Part shown: positions 25,283-32,000 of the stretch, in pieces
Layout: each line of letters opens with the position of its first letter
How positions within the stretch are numbered: position 1 is the first letter of the stretch
Notes under the pieces: generated by a model
The model's input: the letters and a program-made list of their open reading frames with translations, nothing else
What the model was told of the DNA's origin: nothing
Database searches by the model: none
Assembly: GCA_964565725.1 (NCBI GenBank)
Contig: CAZMGA010000001.1
Span: 17,620 to 49,619, forward strand
Length of the DNA: 32,000 nt
DNA from: an uncultured archaeon
GTDB taxonomy: Archaea; Iainarchaeota; Iainarchaeia; Iainarchaeales; 0-14-0-20-30-16
Reading direction: 5' to 3'
Position numbers and translations under genes: made by a program

Positions 25283-27907
25283 TTATTTTTCTTCTTTTAA
25301 TGTTGCTTGTGCCGCTGCCAGTTTGGCAATAGGCACTCTATATGGTGAACAAGATACGTAATTTAAGCCCAATTTATGACAAAAATAAATACTTTCCGGA
25401 TCACCACCATGTTCTCCACAAATACCTAATTTTAAATCTGGCTTAATAAGTTTTGCTTTATCTATAGCAATCTTCATTAATTGCCCTACACCCGTTTGAT
25501 CTATACTTTGAAATGGGTCCCTTTCATATATATTCATATCAATATATTTTGGTAAGAATTTATTAGAATCGTCTCTACTTAAACCCAAAGTCATTTGTGT
25601 TAAATCATTAGTGCCAAAAGAAAAAAATTCTGCACTATTAACTATTTCATTAGACGTAATTGCGGCTCTTGGGATTTCAATCATTGTTCCAAACAAAAAA
25701 TCAATATTTGTTTTTTGTTCTTTCATTACTTCGTTTGCAACTTTAAAAGTTAATTCTTTTTGCAAATCTAACTCCTTTTTTATTCCTACAAAAGGAATCA
25801 TAATTTCTGGTTTAACATATATATTTTTTTTCTTACATTTTATAGCTGCTTCGATTATTGCGCGAATTTGCATTTCAGAAATTTCTGGAAATATAATTCC
25901 TAACCTACAACCTCTATGTCCCAACATAGGATTAAATTCATATAAACTTTCAATTTTCTTTTTTAAATCTACTGGAGATATATTTAACTCTCGCGCAATT
26001 TCTAAAATATCTGTTTCATCACGTGGTAAAAATTCGTGTAATGGAGGATCCAATAATCTTATAGTTACATTTTTTCCATTCATTACTTCAAATAAACCTA
26101 TGAAATCATTTCTTTGTATAGGCAACAATTTATTTAATGCCTTTTTTCTTCTTTCTAAACTTTCAGATAAAATCATTTCTCTTACAGCCTTAATTCTGGA
26201 ATCTTCAAAAAACATGTGTTCTGTTCTACACAAACCTATTCCTTCTGCGCCAAATTTTATTGCTATTTGTGCGTCTTTGGGTGTATCTGCATTAGTTCTT
26301 ACTTTTAATTTTTTATATCTATCTGCCCATTCCATTATCTTTGAAAATGATTCAGAAAAATTAGGATCTACAACATTTAATTTACCTTCAAAAACTTCTC
26401 CTGTTGAACCATCTAATGTTATATAATCTCCTTCTTTAAAAATTTTATTATTTATTTTTAAAATTCTATTATATTCATCTACCAAAATATCTTGACAACC
26501 AGAAATACAACATTTTCCCATACCTCTAGCAACAACTGCTGCATGAGACGTCATTCCTCCTCTAGCAGTTAAAATACCTTGTGCTACATTCATACCTTTT
26601 ATATCTTCTGGACTTGTTTCTAATCTTACTAATACAACTTTTTTTCCTTTTTCTACTAATTCTACCGCGTGGTTTGCTTCAAACACTATTTCTCCTACTG
26701 CTACACCGGGTGATGCAGGTAAACCTTTAGTTAAAAGTATGGTATTTTTTTTAGAATTTTCGTCCAAAGTTTTGTGTAATAATTGATTTAAAGATAAAGC
26801 ATCAATTCTTAATAATGCATCTTTTTCAGTAATCAAGTTTTCATTAACCATATCCACAGCAATTTTTACTGCTGCCTGCGCAGTTCTTTTTCCATTTCTT
26901 GTTTGTAACATATACAATTTTTCATTTTGTATTGTAAATTCCATATCTTGCATATCTTTAAAATGTAATTCTAATTTTTTATATGTTTTTACTAATTCTT
27001 CATATACTTTGGGCATTTTATTTTTTAGTTCTGCAATAGGTAAGGGGGTTCTTATACCTGCTACGACATCTTCTCCTTGTGCATTATATAAAAATTCACC
27101 ATAAAATGTATTTTCTCCTGTACTTGGATTTCGAGAAAAACAAACACCTGTTCCAGACGTTTCACCCATATTTCCAAAAACCATTGTTTGAATATTTACG
27201 GCAGTGCCTAACAGTCCAGTTATATTATTCAATTTTCTATAAATTACTGCACGTTCATTATTCCAAGATTTAAATACAGCATTAATTGCTAATTTTAATT
27301 GTTCGTAGGGATCTTGTGGAAATTCTTTTCCTGATCTTTCTTTAATAATTTGTTTATATTTTTCAATTACTTTTTTTAAATCATTTTCATTTAATTCTGT
27401 ATCTAATTTTATCCCTTTTTTATTCTTTATTTTTTGCAAAATATTTTCAAATTCAAAATGCGGGACATTCATATCTATGTCTCCAAACATTTGTATAAAT
27501 CTTCTATAAGAATCATATGCAAATCTTTCATTGTTGGTTTTTTTTGCTAAAGCTTTAACTGTTTTATCATTTAAACCCAAATTTAAAACTGTATCCATCA
27601 TGCCTGGTAAAGATGCTGCGGCCCCAGACCTTACTGAAACTAATAGAGGGTTTTCTTCAGAGCCTAATTTTGAATTCATCTCTTTTTCTAATTCTCCTAA
27701 AGCTGTTTTTAATTGTGTTTCTAATTCTTCTGGCCATTTATTGTTAGTTATATAATATGCACATGTTTCCGTTGTTATTGTAAATCCTGAGGGTACAGGT
27801 ATGTTTAAATTTTTCATTTCTGCTAAATTTGCTCCTTTTCCACCTAATAAATTTTTCATATCTTTGTTTCCTTCTTTAAAATTATAAATATATTTTTTTT
27901 GATTCAT
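25283..27907 (-). CDS. ppdK: Pyruvate, phosphate dikinase
   Basis: 874 aa: LLGGKGANLAEM, LLVSVRSGAAASLPGMMDTVLNLGLND, GTGVCFSRNPSTGE, ARGGMTSHAAVVARGMGKCCISGC, FGTNDLTQMTLGLSRDD, GICGEHGG. Confidence 0.98.
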   Translation of the reverse strand: MNQKKYIYNFKEGNKDMKNLLGGKGANLAEMKNLNIPVPSGFTITTETCAYYITNNKWPEELETQLKTALGELEKEMNSKLGSEENPLLVSVRSGAAASLPGMMDTVLNLGLNDKTVKALAKKTNNERFAYDSYRRFIQMFGDIDMNVPHFEFENILQKIKNKKGIKLDTELNENDLKKVIEKYKQIIKERSGKEFPQDPYEQLKLAINAVFKSWNNERAVIYRKLNNITGLLGTAVNIQTMVFGNMGETSGTGVCFSRNPSTGENTFYGEFLYNAQGEDVVAGIRTPLPIAELKNKMPKVYEELVKTYKKLELHFKDMQDMEFTIQNEKLYMLQTRNGKRTAQAAVKIAVDMVNENLITEKDALLRIDALSLNQLLHKTLDENSKKNTILLTKGLPASPGVAVGEIVFEANHAVELVEKGKKVVLVRLETSPEDIKGMNVAQGILTARGGMTSHAAVVARGMGKCCISGCQDILVDEYNRILKINNKIFKEGDYITLDGSTGEVFEGKLNVVDPNFSESFSKIMEWADRYKKLKVRTNADTPKDAQIAIKFGAEGIGLCRTEHMFFEDSRIKAVREMILSESLERRKKALNKLLPIQRNDFIGLFEVMNGKNVTIRLLDPPLHEFLPRDETDILEIARELNISPVDLKKKIESLYEFNPMLGHRGCRLGIIFPEISEMQIRAIIEAAIKCKKKNIYVKPEIMIPFVGIKKELDLQKELTFKVANEVMKEQKTNIDFLFGTMIEIPRAAITSNEIVNSAEFFSFGTNDLTQMTLGLSRDDSNKFLPKYIDMNIYERDPFQSIDQTGVGQLMKIAIDKAKLIKPDLKLGICGEHGGDPESIYFCHKLGLNYVSCSPYRVPIAKLAAAQATLKEEK

Positions 27908-28000
27908 TTAAACACCTCTTAATAACAAATCACAAATAGATTTTTTCAAATTGAAAATTAGTAATAAAATAAATTAAAAAAAAATATAAATCTGTTCTAT

Positions 28001-29173
28001 TTAAAACCATTTTAGTTTTCTTCCAAAAATAAATAATAATATACAAATTAAACTTAAAATTGCTCCAAAAATAAAAGTATAACTTGGATTTATATCCCAT
28101 AAATAACCAGAAATTAAACCACCAGGAATTGCTGATAAACCAAAAAAAGTATTCCATGCGCCAATACCCGTGGCATTATATTCTTTATCACATAAATCGG
28201 CAACAAATGCTTTTTGTTGACTTTGTAAAATTGCGTAAATTAATCCATAAATAATAAAAGAAATAATAATTATTATAAAATTTTTAAATATGGCTAAAAA
28301 TATGGATAAGCCCAAAAATAAAATATATCCCAAAAGAATTATTTTTGATTTTCCAACTTTATCTGATAAAATGCCAAAAGGTACAGAAAACCCGGCATAA
28401 AATATATTAAAAAGAATATATAAAATTAAAGGTCCTATTATAGCCCATTGTATTGGTAAATTTGCTTGTGCTTTCAAAATTAAAAACACATATCCAAAAT
28501 TAGCTATAGAATAAAAACAAGATACAAAAATAAATAACCAAACACTTTTAGGTATTTTTTTTAATGTGTAAAACAATTTAGTATTTTGCTTTTCTTTTTG
28601 TATGTCTTTAACAAAAGAAACAGGAATTAAAGATACAAAAATTATTGCTGAAGCTATTAATATTAATGTTTTAAAACTTAAATTTAATGTATCGTACAAT
28701 ATAAAAACTAAAACAGAACCAAGTATACCTCCAGCAGTATCTAAAGATTTGTGTATTGCAAAAGCTTTGCTTCTAGAAAGGCCAGATTCGGAAATTATTG
28801 CATCTCTTGGAGCTTCTCTAACTCCTTTACCAATTCTTTCTGAAGTTGAAAAAATTAAAGCAAAAACCCAAGTAGAAGAAAATGCCAAAAATAATTTTGA
28901 AAATCCTGAAAAGAAATATCCAAAAACAATAAATGGTTTTCTTTTACCCACTCTATCTGCTAAATATCCTGCAAACACTTGTAAAATTCTTCCAATTCCT
29001 TCTCTTAATCCGGAAATAATTCCTATTATTGTGCCTGGCGCTCCTAAGGATAACAAAAATAAAGGCAAAATTGGATTTAAAATTTCTCCACCTATGTCAT
29101 TAAAAAAACTAGTTAAACCTAAAAACCAAACATTTTTTGGAGTTTTAATTTTATTTTCATTTTTATTGTCCAT
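28001..29173 (-). CDS. Major facilitator superfamily transporter
   Basis: 390 aa, multiple hydrophobic spans, MFS loop motif GYLADRVGKRKPFIVFGY and the second-half counterpart GILSDKVGKSKIILLGY. Confidence 0.92.
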   Translation of the reverse strand: MDNKNENKIKTPKNVWFLGLTSFFNDIGGEILNPILPLFLLSLGAPGTIIGIISGLREGIGRILQVFAGYLADRVGKRKPFIVFGYFFSGFSKLFLAFSSTWVFALIFSTSERIGKGVREAPRDAIISESGLSRSKAFAIHKSLDTAGGILGSVLVFILYDTLNLSFKTLILIASAIIFVSLIPVSFVKDIQKEKQNTKLFYTLKKIPKSVWLFIFVSCFYSIANFGYVFLILKAQANLPIQWAIIGPLILYILFNIFYAGFSVPFGILSDKVGKSKIILLGYILFLGLSIFLAIFKNFIIIIISFIIYGLIYAILQSQQKAFVADLCDKEYNATGIGAWNTFFGLSAIPGGLISGYLWDINPSYTFIFGAILSLICILLFIFGRKLKWF

Positions 29174-29265
29174 AACTTTAATATATTTTTTACTTTATAA
29201 AACTATGTTTTTGCAATACATTTATATATATTTATAAGTTATATCTTTAAAGAAAGGTGATTGTT

Positions 29266-30606
29266 TTGAGTGTTAAAGGTTTGAAAAAAGGTCAAGATAA
29301 AAAAGAAATTAAAAGTTTAAAAAAAACAGATGAAAAAATTATTGAAAAAATAAATAAATCTGATGAAAAGAATCAAAAGAAAAGAGAAGAAATAATTAAA
29401 GATGTAAAAAAAGTTAAAAAATCAAAAGATAAAATTAAAAAAGACTTAAAAGAGACTCAAGAAAAAGTAGAAGAGCTAGAAAAATTAGTAAAAGTAAAAA
29501 ATCCCAAAAAAGTTAAAAAAATATCTAAGAAAAAAGTATCAAAAAATCCCAAAAAATCCCAAAAACCAAAAATTATTGAAAAAACTATCATTATTGAAAA
29601 ACCCGTAAAAAAAGTAGTTGTGAAAAAAAAACCAGCACAGAAAACAAAAATTATTGAAAAAATAGTTTTAGAAAAACCAGAAGATATTAAAAAAGATTTA
29701 GAAATTATTAAGGCAGAATTAAAAAAGAAATCTGCAAAGCCTTCTAAAAAGAAGAAATTAAACAAAAAGTCTAAAAAACCTAAAAAGACAAAAATCCTTG
29801 AAAAAACAATCATTGTAGAGAAACCAGTAAAAACAAAAAAAATTAAAAAAAAGAAAGTTCAAGAGTCTAAAAAACCAGTTAAGAAAATAGCAAAAAAAAT
29901 TTCTCCAAAAATAATAAAAGAAAAAACCAAAGATAAAAAAGAAAAAATATTAAAAAGTGATTTAAAAAAATTAGAAAAAGAATTAGAAAAAACCAAAAAA
30001 AGATTAAAAAAGAAAAACAAGTTATTTACAAAAACATTACAAAAATTAAAAGTTGCAAATACATCTAAAGATTTGGAATTTATATTAAAAGAAGTTCAAA
30101 ATGAAAATGATTATTTAAAAAAAATGACTGATTCAATAAACTTAAAAAACAAAAGTTTAGAATTTGAAATTACAAATTATCAATGTATGTTGGACAAATT
30201 AAAAAAAGAAATTAATCAAAAAGAAACTGTATTAGATTTAATGCAAAAAGAAGAGGTTGTATTGAAGGGTTTAATACAAACCAATGTAGATAAAATAAAA
30301 GTAAGATGGTTAGGTAAACCCGAAGGTGGAATTTTAGAAGATATAGATTTGACCTTAATTAATAATAGTTCTGATAAAATAAAAAATTTGGGTATGGAGT
30401 TAATTGTTAGAAAAGATTATGAAGTTGTTTTTAAAAATTCTAAGTTAATTTTAAAAAGAGAATTCATGCCTAAGGAAAAAGTTAATTATAAACTTCATAT
30501 GTTCAAATATTTAAAACAAAAAGGAGAGTATGATTTTGAATTTAGAACTTATACTATTAGTCCTAATAGAGATTTTGGAACCGTTACAAAAACAATACAC
30601 TTATAA
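29266..30606 (+). CDS. Lys/Glu-rich coiled-coil protein with internal repeats and C-terminal globular beta-type domain
   Basis: Track ORF starts at GTG 29257, but TTG 29266 sits behind AAAGGTGAT. Long KKxx-rich segment with KIIEKTIIIEKPVK-type repeats, then VRWLGKPEGGILEDIDLTLINNSSDKIKNLGMELIVRKDYEVVFKNSKLILKREFMPKEKVNYKLHMFKYLKQKGEYDFEFRTYTISP. Confidence 0.75.
   Translation: MSVKGLKKGQDKKEIKSLKKTDEKIIEKINKSDEKNQKKREEIIKDVKKVKKSKDKIKKDLKETQEKVEELEKLVKVKNPKKVKKISKKKVSKNPKKSQKPKIIEKTIIIEKPVKKVVVKKKPAQKTKIIEKIVLEKPEDIKKDLEIIKAELKKKSAKPSKKKKLNKKSKKPKKTKILEKTIIVEKPVKTKKIKKKKVQESKKPVKKIAKKISPKIIKEKTKDKKEKILKSDLKKLEKELEKTKKRLKKKNKLFTKTLQKLKVANTSKDLEFILKEVQNENDYLKKMTDSINLKNKSLEFEITNYQCMLDKLKKEINQKETVLDLMQKEEVVLKGLIQTNVDKIKVRWLGKPEGGILEDIDLTLINNSSDKIKNLGMELIVRKDYEVVFKNSKLILKREFMPKEKVNYKLHMFKYLKQKGEYDFEFRTYTISPNRDFGTVTKTIHL
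29560..29840 (+). repeat. Three imperfect in-frame repeats encoding K-I-[IL]-E-K-[TI]-[IV]-[IL]-x-E-K-P
   Basis: KPKIIEKTIIIEKPVKK, TKIIEKIVLEKPED, TKILEKTIIVEKPVKTKK; boundaries approximate. Confidence 0.75.
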
Positions 30607-30658
30607 ATAAGTTTATGATATATAATTTAACAAACTGGGATATTTTCGGAGGGGTACT

Positions 30659-31012
30659 ATGTCAATCATAGATAAAATTGTTAAAAAATCAAATAAAGAT
30701 TCTGTAGATGTAGAAGAATTCTTAAATGCAATAGATGCACAAGAAGAGCCAGTAGATGATGCTGATGCATATGTAAAACCTATGAATTTAACACCTACTA
30801 CTGATTTAAAAAGTATAGCTAAAGAATTAAAAGATGGTAATACTGTTTTATTAGATATTGCAGAATTAATAAAAAGAAATCCTGTTAAATTAAAGGAAGC
30901 TGTAAGTAAATTAAAAAGATTTATTGAAGAAATAGATGGAGATTTAGCTAGAATTTCCGAAGAAAAATTAATATTAACTCCTGCAAGAATAAAAATTGTT
31001 AAAAAAGCATAG
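30659..31012 (+). CDS. sepF: SepF-like cell division protein
   Basis: AYVKPMNLTPTTDLKSIAKELKDGNTVLLDIAELIKRNPVKLKEAVSKLKRFIEEIDGDLARISEEKLILTPARIKIVKK matches archaeal SepF core; preceded by GGAGGGGTACT. Confidence 0.87.
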   Translation: MSIIDKIVKKSNKDSVDVEEFLNAIDAQEEPVDDADAYVKPMNLTPTTDLKSIAKELKDGNTVLLDIAELIKRNPVKLKEAVSKLKRFIEEIDGDLARISEEKLILTPARIKIVKKA

Positions 31013-31023
31013 GGTGTTTTAAT

Positions 31024-31716
31024 ATTAACGAACCAAAAGGCGTTCCTTTTTTAGTCTCTGGAGATGACATCTCCGAGATCATTGCTTCTTTTTTTAATTA
31101 TACTTGTGAAGTAGATTATGATTTATATTACAAACCATATTGGTTTTTTGAAATTCATTTAGGTTTAGAAAAACATTTTGGTGCATTGAATGCTAACGAT
31201 TCTATAATGGTTATTGATAAACCAGAATTTTCAGAAATAAAAAATTTAGTTGCAAAACCATTTAGTGAATTAAATTTAGGTAGAAATGTTGGTTTTGAAA
31301 GTAAAAATTTATTATTTGCAAAAATTCATGATAAAGATGAAGCAGAAAAAATAATTAATTATAAATCTCAATTTTTATTTGAAAATAAAAGTTTTATTAC
31401 TACCCAACCACATTTAATTAATATACCTATATGGGTTATGAAAGTTAAGAACAAAAATATAGAAGTTTGTGGAATAGATAAAAATCATGGAAAATTTTTA
31501 GCTTACGAACTAAATAAACTATTTCCCAAATCTGAACCTACACAGACAGATATTTTTTTTGATTCTGTAAATATAGTTAGAAAACCTAAAAGGCTAGTTT
31601 TTAATGTCTGGAAATATTTAAAAAAAACAAACAAATTTTTATTAACCATAGCAATCCTTTTAATAGTTTGTATTATTATTTTTATAATTAAAAAAATATT
31701 AATTATAATTAAATAA
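31024..31716 (+). CDS. Hypothetical protein with C-terminal transmembrane anchor; nonstandard or unresolved start
   Basis: First ATG is 31186 (track ORF), but the open frame upstream encodes NINEPKGVPFLVSGDDISEIIASFFNYTCEVDYDLYYKPYWFFEIHLGLEKHFGALNANDSIM. C-terminal KFLLTIAILLIVCIIIFIIKKILIIIK. The 31024 start (ATT) is a proposal. Confidence 0.6.
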   Translation: MNEPKGVPFLVSGDDISEIIASFFNYTCEVDYDLYYKPYWFFEIHLGLEKHFGALNANDSIMVIDKPEFSEIKNLVAKPFSELNLGRNVGFESKNLLFAKIHDKDEAEKIINYKSQFLFENKSFITTQPHLINIPIWVMKVKNKNIEVCGIDKNHGKFLAYELNKLFPKSEPTQTDIFFDSVNIVRKPKRLVFNVWKYLKKTNKFLLTIAILLIVCIIIFIIKKILIIIK

Positions 31717-31733
31717 TATATTAAGGGATATTT

Positions 31734-32000
31734 ATGGGTATATTTGAAGAACTTCTTATTAAAAGTGGATTGGATAAATTAGATTTGGAAAATAAAATAA
31801 AGGAATTTAAGGCAAAAAAGAAAGATTTTAATGATGAAATTGCATCTTTTTTTGTAGCTAAAGAATTAGGTATTGAATTAGATGATTCAAAAATAGTTAT
31901 TACTCCTTTAGACTTAATTGATGCAAACACAAAAAATGCAAATATATTAATAACTATTGAAAAAATATATCCTGAAAAAGAATTTAATACTAATGGAAAA
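31734..32000 (+). CDS. RPA-like single-stranded DNA-binding (OB-fold) protein, N-terminal fragment at window edge
   Basis: Not in ORF track (runs off edge). MGIFEELLIKSGLDKLDLENKIKEFKAKKKDFNDEIASFFVAKELGIELDDSKIVITPLDLIDANTKNANILITIEKIYPEKEFNTNGK resembles the archaeal RPA helical segment plus start of an OB fold. Confidence 0.6.
   Translation, partial: MGIFEELLIKSGLDKLDLENKIKEFKAKKKDFNDEIASFFVAKELGIELDDSKIVITPLDLIDANTKNANILITIEKIYPEKEFNTNGK

Noticed and set aside
25611-26426. 271-aa + strand ORF inside ppdK
   Set aside because: Fully antisense to strongly conserved PPDK sequence; composition is an Ile/Ser-rich shadow of the reverse strand with no recognisable motif.
27930-28157. 75-aa minus ORF rich in Phe/Trp/Tyr
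   Set aside because: Overlaps the 3' end of the MFS gene out of frame and an AT-rich spacer; low-complexity artefact.
28602-29237. 211-aa + strand ORF inside the MFS transporter gene
   Set aside because: Antisense shadow of a convincing MFS protein; no family features.
29457-29813. 118-aa minus Phe-rich ORF within the Lys-rich coiled-coil gene
   Set aside because: Expected antisense of poly-Lys codons (AAA to TTT = Phe); not a real hydrophobic protein.
29560-29840. Repeated DNA considered as a possible CRISPR-like array
   Set aside because: Repeats are imperfect, in-frame and encode a degenerate protein motif; no uniform repeat/spacer structure.
31721-31930. 69-aa minus ORF at right edge
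   Set aside because: Antisense to the RPA-like + strand gene starting at 31734.

Overview
Strongly AT-rich, gene-dense archaeal chromosomal window, most likely from a reduced DPANN-type lineage (inference from gene content, compactness and composition). It is mostly housekeeping: Elp3 (edge), a DHH/RecJ-like phosphoesterase, Pelota, ABCE1, TFE, initiator tRNA-Met, GT2 glycosyltransferase, Dus, two PRC-barrel proteins, aRF1, a radical SAM/SPASM protein, Dph2, PEP synthase, a KaiC-like ATPase, a Fe-S/Nth operon, a GNAT-like triplication, PPDK, an MFS transporter, SepF and an RPA-like protein (edge). The most interesting observation is an apparently split RqcH/NFACT protein. The NFACT-N half with the first coiled-coil arm is at 11799-12902(-). 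The second coiled-coil arm with the NFACT-R domain is at 20032-20868(+). The break falls between the two arms, in the same window as Pelota, ABCE1 and aRF1. Other points are a frameshifted HD-domain gene that also lacks the HD-motif histidine, an nth/ArsR-like/iscS/iscU-DUF1858 operon with overlapping gene ends, three tandem GNAT paralogs, co-occurring PEP synthase and PPDK, and a membrane-protein gene after sepF with no standard start codon. No CRISPR array, transposon or phage module was recognised. All assignments are from reading sequence motifs; no database search was run.
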